From: Armatimonadota bacterium
GTDB lineage: Bacteria; Armatimonadota; UBA5829; DTLH01
Reading direction: 5' to 3'
DNA length: 32,348 bases
NCBI GenBank assembly: GCA_039680575.1
Contig: JBDKSP010000033.1
Coordinates: 1-32,348 of the forward strand
The notes under the pieces were generated by a model. The model did not search any database. It worked only from the letters and a program-made list of their open reading frames with translations, and was not told the DNA's origin. Positions 9,332 through 17,638 of this stretch are shown here, piece after piece; position 1 is the stretch's first letter; each line of letters starts with the position of its first letter. Position numbers and translations under genes: made by a program.

Positions 9332-10040
9332 TGATGGGTCGGGGGTTCCTAGCCCCGACCCTGTTTCACGGGTATCCATACCCGTTGCTGATCTACCAAG
9401 TAAGTGGTGCTATCGCTATTTCAGGATCAACTTCCTGATAGTAGAACTTCGCGCTGGAATGTTTCCAGTCAGAAGGATCATCAACATAACCAGCCCGAAG
9501 AGGGTTTTCATGTATATATTTCAGTTTTTGATCAAAGAACTTCTGGCTGTATACCTGTTCAGGGTGAAACTCATCCTGCCAGAACTTATAATCCGCTTGT
9601 TTTCCACCTGCTGATCTCATAGCCCTAATCCAGACATCTCTTCCATCTGTATGCATCATTTTTATGATCTTCCTAGATGTAAATCCCTTAAGATCAGCTA
9701 TAACTCTAGAGAGTGCTCCATTTTCTTGAGAACAGATTAAATGAAAATGGTTAGGCATAAGAACATATGCGTGGATATTTAGCCCCTTTTTCTGTGAACA
9801 ATATACAAGGCTATCTTCCAGAACTTGGAAATACTCATTTTTACTGAAAACAGGCAGCCAGTAGACTATAGTGCTGGTAATGAAATAAGGATATTCACGC
9901 TCGTGTATTCGATACCTTTGTGACACTGCTTATAACCTCAAAACCGGTCCTGTAACTGCAAGGTATAATTATGCCAAAACGGGTCAGGGGACTTGGATGT
10001 CCCAGAAACGGGCACGGGGCATGGATCCCCCGTGCCATCA
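9332..10040 (-). mobile_element. RAYT/REP cassette (REPtron-like) inserted in the ABC operon
   Basis: Y1 HUH gene flanked by inverted TGAT+9-bp-stem hairpins (9332-9361 and 10011-10040) plus inner hairpins; visibly AT-richer than its flanks; long direct repeats outside. Confidence 0.8.
9393..9926 (-). CDS. REP-associated tyrosine transposase (RAYT/TnpA-REP, Y1 HUH family)
   Basis: YFITST, AYVLMPNHFHLI (HUH), DLKGFTS, FWQ..FH, YIHENP (catalytic Tyr), W.HSS; GTG start with GAGGT RBS. Confidence 0.9.
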   Translation of the reverse strand: MSQRYRIHEREYPYFITSTIVYWLPVFSKNEYFQVLEDSLVYCSQKKGLNIHAYVLMPNHFHLICSQENGALSRVIADLKGFTSRKIIKMMHTDGRDVWIRAMRSAGGKQADYKFWQDEFHPEQVYSQKFFDQKLKYIHENPLRAGYVDDPSDWKHSSAKFYYQEVDPEIAIAPLTW

Positions 10041-10042
10041 GT

Positions 10043-10091
10043 CGCTAATCGACCTCGTTTTTGCCTTTTACTCATCCTAATCCTGATGCCT
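10043..10091 (+). repeat. Direct repeat copy 2 flanking the RAYT cassette
   Basis: 49 bp; same as 9289-9331 plus a 6-bp AATCCT unit overlapping the substrate-binding-protein stop codon. Confidence 0.9.
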
Positions 10092-11387
10092 CAACAACTG
10101 GTCCACGACCGGCGTGACTTTTTCGCAGGCCGTTTTTGCGGACTCCTTACCGAGGAGCGCGAGCGAGATTTCAGCGTCCAGAATCTCCCTCATCTCAGGC
10201 ATAATAGAAACCGACGGCTCAGGTTTTCCATATGGAATCAGATCGAGAAAGACTTTACGGTGCACCGGAGGCTTGGCGAGTTTGAGGTACGCACCGGACT
10301 CCGCGACAGACCTTCTGGACGGAATGATCTGCGAGTCGATAGCCCTTTCTCTCTGATACTCCGGTCCGGTCATCCACTTGATAAACTCCCATGCTTCGTC
10401 CTTATGCTGAGATCGGCTCATTATCGCGTATGCGCCGCCGCCGATGAAGGTAACCCGCTCTTTTCCCTTGGGGAACGGGGCAACATCGTAAGTGAAACCC
10501 TTGAGACTGTCCTTGAACACCAACTCCGCTGCCCAGCTTCCGCTTATGTACATCCCGATCTTCCCCATCATAAAAAGCTTCGAAGGACCAATCTGCGCGT
10601 TCTCTTCAGAGTTAGGGGCGACATGATATTTGTTTATCAGATCACTTTCCCACTGGAGCGCTTCGTAAGCTGCAGGTTGAGATAACATGCAGCGCTTCTG
10701 ATCGCTGCTCACAACCTGCCCGCCGTTCTGGAAAACATAACTCTGCCAGAACATGTCCGTAGCCGTCCCCCACTGGTCAAGCCTGCCGTCGCCGTTTAAG
10801 TCTTTCGTGAGTCTCTTCGAGACTTCTACATATTTATCCCAGTCCCATGACCAGTCGGGATAAGAGAGCCCGGCTTTGTCGAACATGCTCTTGTTGTAGT
10901 ACATCGCATAGATGTCTATATCCGTCGGAAGGGCGTAAAGCCTGCCTTTATGCCTCCCCCAGCCATCGACGGCCTGCGGGTAGAAGTCCGAAAGGTCGAA
11001 AGACTTGTCGCTTTTGACGAACGAGTCGAGATCTGCAAAAAGCCCCTTCGCGGCGCAGGGATGGGACCACATGGAACTTACACGGGTGACATCCGGCGGA
11101 CGCCCCCCAGCGGTGGAGATCATCAACTTGTCGAAAATCCTGACGTGCGGGGTAATCTGGAGTTCTACTTTGATTTTCGGGTGGGTCTTCTCGAACCGGG
11201 CGATGAGGGAGCGAAGGCTCTTTTCCTCGCTTTCGTTCCCCCAGGAGACGAAGCACAGTGTGACCCTATCCTTGGTCTTCTGCCGGGCGCAGCCGGCCAA
11301 AAGTCCTGTGCTGAGGATAACAGCCAGAACTACAAAAACCCATCGAACTACTCTAGAGGTTCGAAACTCGGAACCGGTCATTTGCAC
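10077..11387 (-). CDS. Sugar ABC transporter substrate-binding lipoprotein
   Basis: Lipobox LLAGC; AGGRPPDV, MYYNKSMFDKAGL.YP..W.WD, EAWEFIKW typical of family 1 solute-binding proteins. Confidence 0.92.
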   Translation of the reverse strand: MQMTGSEFRTSRVVRWVFVVLAVILSTGLLAGCARQKTKDRVTLCFVSWGNESEEKSLRSLIARFEKTHPKIKVELQITPHVRIFDKLMISTAGGRPPDVTRVSSMWSHPCAAKGLFADLDSFVKSDKSFDLSDFYPQAVDGWGRHKGRLYALPTDIDIYAMYYNKSMFDKAGLSYPDWSWDWDKYVEVSKRLTKDLNGDGRLDQWGTATDMFWQSYVFQNGGQVVSSDQKRCMLSQPAAYEALQWESDLINKYHVAPNSEENAQIGPSKLFMMGKIGMYISGSWAAELVFKDSLKGFTYDVAPFPKGKERVTFIGGGAYAIMSRSQHKDEAWEFIKWMTGPEYQRERAIDSQIIPSRRSVAESGAYLKLAKPPVHRKVFLDLIPYGKPEPSVSIMPEMREILDAEISLALLGKESAKTACEKVTPVVDQLLRHQD

Positions 11388-11389
11388 TC

Positions 11390-12100
11390 CTACGGCATCA
11401 GTGTCGAGGCGCGGCGCCTGCGGGCCCCGGGCGGGATACCGAACGCAGTGGCGTTTTGGGTGTAGACTTCTATCCCCCGCACCCTCGCGAGCGACTTATA
11501 GTAATCTATGTAAGGGAATTTCACGACTTCCCCACGGAAGAGAGCGTATTTCCGCACCATCTTCTCCCAGACTGCGATGTCCGCATCGGTTATCTCGATA
11601 TAAAGCTCCGGTACGAAGTCCTGGTAATCCTCCCAGTTCTCCGTGTAGTATAGAGATTTAGCCTGATGCGGCGGAAGTATACGTTCGAACCCTGCGGTAG
11701 CAGCATAGAACATAGCGTCAGGAACAGCCGTGTTACATGCGACATGGTCTTTGTGCATCGACCATTTCCAGTGAGTCAGTATTACATCAGGTTTGCAGTC
11801 ACGGATAACATCGCAGATTGCAAGCTTCACTTCATCACTGGATTTGAGCTCACCGTCCTTGTATGGCAGCGTATATAGATCGGCGCCGATTACGTCCGCC
11901 GCTGCCATCGCCTCATCCCGCTTCTGGTTCCCATAAACTTCAACGCTTTTAGTCGGATGCCCTTTCTCCCCGAGCGTAGCGTGGCAAATCGCCACTTTTC
12001 TGCCAAGGTTCACATGATGCACAAGAGCCATCCCAGCAGAAATTTCAACGTCTCCAGCATGGGCCCCTATTGCGAGGATGCTAACTTTTCTATCAATCAT
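11390..12100 (-). CDS. PIG-L/LmbE family deacetylase
   Basis: ILAIGAHAGD (variant of HPDD), TLGEKG, R..EA..AA..IGA, PDVILTHW...HKDH. Confidence 0.85.
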   Translation of the reverse strand: MIDRKVSILAIGAHAGDVEISAGMALVHHVNLGRKVAICHATLGEKGHPTKSVEVYGNQKRDEAMAAADVIGADLYTLPYKDGELKSSDEVKLAICDVIRDCKPDVILTHWKWSMHKDHVACNTAVPDAMFYAATAGFERILPPHQAKSLYYTENWEDYQDFVPELYIEITDADIAVWEKMVRKYALFRGEVVKFPYIDYYKSLARVRGIEVYTQNATAFGIPPGARRRRASTLMP

Positions 12101-12102
12101 CT

Positions 12103-13044
12103 TTATTTAACCAGCGCCTTTCTCATGACGACATACCGCCTTGACTCTACAAACCCCGCTTGCTGATACAGTTTTGCAGCCTTATCGTCAGTCCACATAA
12201 ACCATGCATTGTGCAACCCTTTGTCCCTCATCGCATACAAGCACCTGAAGAGAAGCACTGCACCAATGCCTCTTCCTCTCTCCTTCACAGCAACACCGAA
12301 CGGGCCGAATCGCTCCCCCTCATGCTGCGCAAACCCTAAAACCCGGTCTTTTTCGGCAGCTATCCATAGACTGTTCGGGAAATCCCTGTCGCTTGAGACC
12401 CGCGACATAGTCTCCCTCACGTACCGCTGCCAGTCGCCGGCAAACTCTGCCCTCACGAACTCCAGAAGCGGCAATATGTGGCCGGGATTGAACTGCTCCA
12501 CCGAGACTCCTGCTTTTGCGAGTTGCTGTTCCTTCTCTGACACCCATTCAGGAGTTTTGAGGCCTGGAAGGGACGCATCCATCGAGAGAGGCCGGTAGAC
12601 CTCCTCGAAACCGTTTTTCTTGAAGAACCCAACCGCTCCGGGATATGCGTTCACATCCACGCCGGGGGTAAAATAATTCGGCGCGTAGGGTGAAACCCAA
12701 ACGCTGGTCGATCTCTTCTCTTTTAAATACGGTTCAAGGCATCTCAACAATTCCATCCCGATCCCGTTTCCCTGATGTGACGGGTCTACGGCGATAAGTG
12801 TGATCCATGACCGGTCGAAATCCGGTATCTGGTCCTCGATCGGAAGTTTTCTCACGATTCCGAGGACGAACCCGGCCACTTCGCCGTCTTCCACCGCCAC
12901 AAGCGCACCATTAGAGTCGAAATTAGGGTCCAAGAGCACCTTCCGCTGAAACAGACCGCTTGGAATCCGGTCTGCGACAAGCGTCTTTTCAAGTAAAGCT
13001 GCCACTGCCTCGAGGTCGGATGGTTCAAATGGTCGGATTGTCAT
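12103..13044 (-). CDS. Tandem-domain GNAT N-acetyltransferase
   Basis: Two acetyl-CoA motif A copies (VDPSHQGNGIG; VAVKERGRGIG), FFKKNGF and LYQQAGF. Confidence 0.88.
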   Translation of the reverse strand: MTIRPFEPSDLEAVAALLEKTLVADRIPSGLFQRKVLLDPNFDSNGALVAVEDGEVAGFVLGIVRKLPIEDQIPDFDRSWITLIAVDPSHQGNGIGMELLRCLEPYLKEKRSTSVWVSPYAPNYFTPGVDVNAYPGAVGFFKKNGFEEVYRPLSMDASLPGLKTPEWVSEKEQQLAKAGVSVEQFNPGHILPLLEFVRAEFAGDWQRYVRETMSRVSSDRDFPNSLWIAAEKDRVLGFAQHEGERFGPFGVAVKERGRGIGAVLLFRCLYAMRDKGLHNAWFMWTDDKAAKLYQQAGFVESRRYVVMRKALVK

Positions 13045-13077
13045 CTCTAGCTATATCAATACTCTCTGCACAACATC

Positions 13078-13610
13078 TCGAATCGCGAAAAACGCGAAGA
13101 AGCGCGAAAGACACGAAAATCTAAGCCGAAAGACTTGCTAATTAACCGCAGCATATCTTCCCTGCTCATTTACAAAGCGCTTCACTTGTATCTTCGGCCC
13201 TCCAAAGTTTATGAGGAGTGCCAAACGGTAGCCGGATGCTTTGAGATAGCATAATGTCTGCATCATATCCTCAGGCAATAGCTCTTTTCGAGCTTTGGTC
13301 TCTACTATGCAGTCCCCAACAACGAAATCGACTCTTCTGGTATCTATGTGCTTGCCTTTATACATTACCGGCACATTCTCTTCTCTGGCAAAGTCAACTG
13401 ATGCAGCTTCTAATTCCAATGCCAGGCTGCGCTGGTAGACGACTTCTTGAAAACCAGGTCCGAGTTCCCTATGAACTTCGATAGCTGCTGCAATTATCCG
13501 GCCTGTAATATCTTCGAAGTCATACCCTTTGGTTGATAAAGCACTGCTCTCCAAGTATCTGAGTCCCCCTTTCGCGTCTTTCGTGCGATTTCGCGCATCT
13601 CGCGATTCAA
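13078..13610 (-). mobile_element. Putative GxxExxY element with terminal inverted repeats
   Basis: 13078-13118 and 13570-13610 are inverted repeats (32/41 identical) built from CGCGAA-like units; AACATC at 13072-13077 and 13611-13616. Confidence 0.6.
13138..13554 (-). CDS. GxxExxY protein (PD-(D/E)XK nuclease-like)
   Basis: AAIEVHRELGPGFQEVVYQ (GxxExxY), RVDFVV...IVETKA, Q...YLKASG...LLINFG. Confidence 0.92.
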   Translation of the reverse strand: MESSALSTKGYDFEDITGRIIAAAIEVHRELGPGFQEVVYQRSLALELEAASVDFAREENVPVMYKGKHIDTRRVDFVVGDCIVETKARKELLPEDMMQTLCYLKASGYRLALLINFGGPKIQVKRFVNEQGRYAAVN

Positions 13611-13614
13611 AACA

Positions 13615-14388
13615 TCAAACCCTGTACATCCGCATCGCATTCGCGGTAGTAATCTCGGCTGCGGCATCCAAGTCGATACCCTTCAGCTCCGCTATTTTTT
13701 CCGCGACGAGCTTCACAAACGCGGGCTCGTTTATCTTCCTTCCCCTGTACGGCATCGGGGTCATATACGGCGAATCGGTCTCGATCAGGAGACTCTCTAC
13801 AGGGACTGCGCGCACCACATCGACTAACTTCTCGGACTTGGAATACGTGACCGGCCCGGCCACACCGATATACATCCCTAGTTCGATAACGCGCATGGCG
13901 TATTCGGTATCCTCAGCGAAACAGTGCATCACCCCGCCGGCAGCCGGAAGCCCTTCATCTTCAATAATTCTGAGCGTATCAGCCCCGGCATCGCGGCTGT
14001 GAATAACAACAGGAATGTCAAGCTCTTTCGCCAGCTTCAGTTGACTGCGAAACACAGATTCTTGTAAATCTCTGGGGGACAAATCCCTGTAAAAGTCCAG
14101 CCCGATCTCCCCAAAAGCCACGACTTTGGGATGTACGGCGAGCTTTCTAAGCTCTGTAAGGGACTCATCCGTTACGGATTTTGCATCATGCGGATGCACT
14201 CCGACTGTTGCCCAGACATTCTCATACTTATCTGCAATCTCGACGGCACTTCTGCTCGAGGGCATATCCCATGCGACGCAGGCTATTCGATCCACACCCT
14301 CAGCCTCGGCACGGGCGAGTATACCGTCTATGTCGACTTCAAGCTGACTATCGTTTAGATGAGCGTGCGTATCGAAAAGCGTCTGCAT
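13615..14388 (-). CDS. tatD: TatD family metal-dependent DNase
   Basis: DTHAHL, GVHPH, GEIGLDF, IHSRDA, GVMHCF, ETDSPYMTP. Confidence 0.95.
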   Translation of the reverse strand: MQTLFDTHAHLNDSQLEVDIDGILARAEAEGVDRIACVAWDMPSSRSAVEIADKYENVWATVGVHPHDAKSVTDESLTELRKLAVHPKVVAFGEIGLDFYRDLSPRDLQESVFRSQLKLAKELDIPVVIHSRDAGADTLRIIEDEGLPAAGGVMHCFAEDTEYAMRVIELGMYIGVAGPVTYSKSEKLVDVVRAVPVESLLIETDSPYMTPMPYRGRKINEPAFVKLVAEKIAELKGIDLDAAAEITTANAMRMYRV

Positions 14389-14389
14389 C

Positions 14390-15211
14390 CTATAATTCCT
14401 TCAAAAGTTCTTTCATAAATTCGTCTATGGCGCTGTTTACCAGGTCATGGCGCATATAGAAGCAAAAGTGTTCACTGTTTTCTATTACTTCCAGCTCCGC
14501 ATTCGGAATTCCCTCATAAAGCACCTGTGCCTGAGCCAGAAACTCTGCGCTGTCCTGCGCTCCGGCTATAACGAGCGTCGGAGACTCTATATCCGGGAGC
14601 CATTTGGTGGAATCGAACTCTTGAATGAGGTTTATGCGTGCATTGAGAGTTTTCGATGTCAGCCTGGCGCTGTTAGCCTGAAGCCACTCCCTTTTCCCGA
14701 TATCAGCAGCCGGTGCAGCCGGTTTCAGTCCCAAATACCTTCTCAGGATCGACTGAAAAACCGATTCAATTCGGACCGGTCCCGGAGACATCCAATCGAG
14801 AATCTCATCCGAAGAGGCTTCATGGAGTTCTGAAAACGCGGATATAAGCACAAGCCCGTCGACGCGCTCGCGGTGAATGCGCGCCATGTTCTGCGCGATC
14901 ATGGCGCCAAAGTCGTGCCCGACCAGCACTGCGGACTCCACCTTGAGAGCAGTCAACAGCTGCGCCAGGTCTTCTATAAGGAGGTCCAATGTATAAGTGG
15001 CCATGCTGCGTGCCATTCTGACATCGTAGCTGATGGTTCGGTAGCTTTCCCGTAGACCCGTGAATTGGTAGCTGAACCACTCCTTGGAGCCGACCAACCC
15101 TGGGATAAAAACAATCGGGAGTCCGGTTCCATCGCCCTCGCAGGACACTAGCACACCGTTGATATTAATGGAAGACAACGGCTTACCTCTAAAATGGGGA
15201 TTCGGAACCAC
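14390..15211 (-). CDS. Alpha/beta-fold hydrolase
   Basis: PIVFIPG, LVGHDFGAMIA nucleophile elbow, PTLVIAGAQD, SEH. Confidence 0.88.
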   Translation of the reverse strand: MVPNPHFRGKPLSSININGVLVSCEGDGTGLPIVFIPGLVGSKEWFSYQFTGLRESYRTISYDVRMARSMATYTLDLLIEDLAQLLTALKVESAVLVGHDFGAMIAQNMARIHRERVDGLVLISAFSELHEASSDEILDWMSPGPVRIESVFQSILRRYLGLKPAAPAADIGKREWLQANSARLTSKTLNARINLIQEFDSTKWLPDIESPTLVIAGAQDSAEFLAQAQVLYEGIPNAELEVIENSEHFCFYMRHDLVNSAIDEFMKELLKEL

Positions 15212-15369
15212 TTGTATTTTACATCCTCCGGTGTTTTATGTCAATGCGCGTACGCAATTCGGGGTTTTATATAAAGGACTCCACAGTTGCTCTTTCAGCC
15301 AGGGAACGCAAAACCGATATCGACAGTCTGATCAATATGGAGGGCGGGCGGTTTGATGCCTGTTGTTAA

Positions 15370-17454
15370 TTGATGAGAAACATTCTGACCGGATTATTCC
15401 TATTGCTACTGTGTACGCAGGCAGCCTGGTGCGAGCCCACGATCACCGAACAGACAATAAAACTCCTCTCACCCGCAATTGAAGTCTCACTCGAGCCCAC
15501 GCACCCCGTAATAGTCTCGTATAGTTTCACCTCGAGACCCGGCGGCGAATCCTGCCTTTGGGGTGCTGTAGACCGGTGTGAGCCTGAGGTAATCATCTAC
15601 GACGGCAAAGACGGGAGCTATAAATCCTCACGCTCAGAAGAAGCAAAGCTGGAATATAAGGTCAGGTCAAGTCCGTCTGTTGCTGTATATCACTGCAGCT
15701 TCATTTGGATGGATAAACCCACAGTCGAGTTCGAGCTGATCTTCTCGCTTGCGGGAAACAGGCTTACCGTAACCTCCAGGCTGCTCAACGAACTGGGAGA
15801 CTTCAGAATATCATCCATAAAACTACCGCTCATCTCAGTCAAAGCGTCCCAAACAGGAGCCAGGCTTGCCATGCCTTACGCCTCCGGACGGCTGGTGGAT
15901 GTGGAAAAGGCCAGTCCCGTCGAGATGACACACAGGATCGATTCGACCAACATCGTCCCAATCGGGATGATCTACCGCGACATGATGCTCGGGCTGGTGT
16001 CACTCAGCTCTCCTGACGACAATATAATCTCGAAGATCTGGATCGAACCAAAGTCCTGCGAGCTTTCGGTCGAGTTCGTCAAGCGAGCTAAAGCGGATAA
16101 ACCACCGCTCATCTTCCTGTTACAGAGCGATTCTTCCTGTACAGTAACTATTGTCGAGCCCAATGGAGATAAACCCCTCGATTGGACAGCAGGCGCGGCA
16201 CTCGTTAGGGATATCACGCCAAGGAATATAAAGAGCACCTACACCGGCAGCTTCATCTACAGCATTATGCTGGGAAGCTCGGACGGAACAGACTGGATGA
16301 GCCAGAACGAAGCACTGGATTTGATCCGGCGCGTCAACCAGCTCACCGGTGGAGCGAAGCAGGTGGTCTACCTGTCCGGCTGGAAGCGCTTGGGCGGTGA
16401 TCCCGGCGCATCCGGCGCCGGCAAGCAGGTGAGCGGGCTCAACAGTGTTACAGACCTGATCCAGCAGGCAAAACTCGAAAACGCAACCGTCAGCATAACT
16501 GACAATTACAACACTTTGGAAAGAGGAAACCCCGACTGGGACGAGTCAATAATCGCCAAAGACTCTTGCGGCGAGCTGGCGGCGGGACTCGGCCCCGGTT
16601 ACGCCATCAGCCCAGCGAAATATACCAAATTTGCGCGTGAGCGGGCTGAAATAACAGTGGATTCACTCGGTATAGAGAAGACGATACGCCTGGAAAGGTT
16701 CTCGGACAATCCCGAAAGACTGGATTTCAACCCTAAATCGCCATCGAACAGACAAATGTGCATAATGGGTAAGCTCGGCATCATCTCGGAGTTCAACAAG
16801 CTGGGAATTGATGTCATTTCGGACATGTTTACCTCCCCGTTCACCGGCAAAATAAGCTATTTCAGGCGGATCAACAGAAACCGTGACTCTGCGTGGTCTG
16901 CTGAGGAGCGAATACCTTTGGTCTCGATGATCTACCATGGAAAAGTTATCATCAGCGACATTGCGACCACGGACAAAGACATTCTGGACATCATTCTTAA
17001 CGGCTGGACGGTAAGCGCGGAGTTTGGCAAGTCCACAAAGGACGCGGAGATAACCGACCTGTACTATTTGGTCACTCTTCCCCTGAGCGGGTTTACCGAC
17101 CGCACGATAACCGGCTACGAGAAGAATGGTTCGGTAGAGCGGGTAAGCTACGGTTCTGGCAATTATGTTGAGGTCGATAAGGAGAAGTCCAGCTATCGCA
17201 TCGTACAGGGCGGCGTTACCATCGCATCGAATTTCAGCACGATGATGCGCCTTCCCGACAGCCGGATAGCTGTATATTCACGAAGCGGCGGCAAAATAGC
17301 GGTGGATGTACCGAAGTATTGGGAGGACGTAAAGAGAATAGAGGTATCACTTCCTGAGGGGACCGAAAAGCCCCCCGTTACGCTGAAAAATGGAAAACTC
17401 ACGATAGACACCTCGCCGCATGTAGCCTACTGGGTGAGTTACGCGGGTACATAG
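15370..17454 (+). CDS. Secreted glycoside-hydrolase-like protein (GH101/GH129-like, tentative)
   Basis: Signal peptide; VVYLSGW, S.TDNY, GIDVISD, IPLVSMIYHG resemble TIM-barrel endo-alpha-GalNAcase-like proteins; family recalled from motifs only. Confidence 0.55.
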   Translation: MMRNILTGLFLLLLCTQAAWCEPTITEQTIKLLSPAIEVSLEPTHPVIVSYSFTSRPGGESCLWGAVDRCEPEVIIYDGKDGSYKSSRSEEAKLEYKVRSSPSVAVYHCSFIWMDKPTVEFELIFSLAGNRLTVTSRLLNELGDFRISSIKLPLISVKASQTGARLAMPYASGRLVDVEKASPVEMTHRIDSTNIVPIGMIYRDMMLGLVSLSSPDDNIISKIWIEPKSCELSVEFVKRAKADKPPLIFLLQSDSSCTVTIVEPNGDKPLDWTAGAALVRDITPRNIKSTYTGSFIYSIMLGSSDGTDWMSQNEALDLIRRVNQLTGGAKQVVYLSGWKRLGGDPGASGAGKQVSGLNSVTDLIQQAKLENATVSITDNYNTLERGNPDWDESIIAKDSCGELAAGLGPGYAISPAKYTKFARERAEITVDSLGIEKTIRLERFSDNPERLDFNPKSPSNRQMCIMGKLGIISEFNKLGIDVISDMFTSPFTGKISYFRRINRNRDSAWSAEERIPLVSMIYHGKVIISDIATTDKDILDIILNGWTVSAEFGKSTKDAEITDLYYLVTLPLSGFTDRTITGYEKNGSVERVSYGSGNYVEVDKEKSSYRIVQGGVTIASNFSTMMRLPDSRIAVYSRSGGKIAVDVPKYWEDVKRIEVSLPEGTEKPPVTLKNGKLTIDTSPHVAYWVSYAGT

Positions 17455-17523
17455 CCCCAACATAGAGGAGACCAGCCGCCGCTCCATAACACAGCTCTTT
17501 TATATGACCGCAATAAGCTCGAC

Positions 17524-17539
17524 TGGCACAAAACTTGCA
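17524..17539 (+). promoter_or_regulatory. sigma54 (-24/-12) promoter
   Basis: TGGCACAAAACTTGCA matches TGGCAC-N5-TTGCA, about 100 bp upstream of the PEP-CTERM gene. Confidence 0.8.
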
Positions 17540-17638
17540 CCAGCCACATGGTAGAAATACTAGTGGGGTTCAGGTGACACCTGAATCTCTAACCGAAGAT
17601 TTTCGGCAATGGTTGAAATATTCAGTAAGGAGATATTG

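Noticed and set aside
9393..9926. IS200/IS605 TnpA with TnpB
   Set aside because: No tnpB; the MPNHxH, FWQ and YIHENP motifs and the inverted flanking hairpins fit RAYT better.
13078..13118. Short periodic repeats as a CRISPR array
   Set aside because: Period is 9-10 nt with no spacers, and there are no cas genes; no CRISPR array was seen anywhere in the window.
14390..15211. Epoxide hydrolase or dehalogenase call from the GHDFG Asp nucleophile
   Set aside because: The HGxP oxyanion motif is absent (IPGL), so a specific function cannot be supported.
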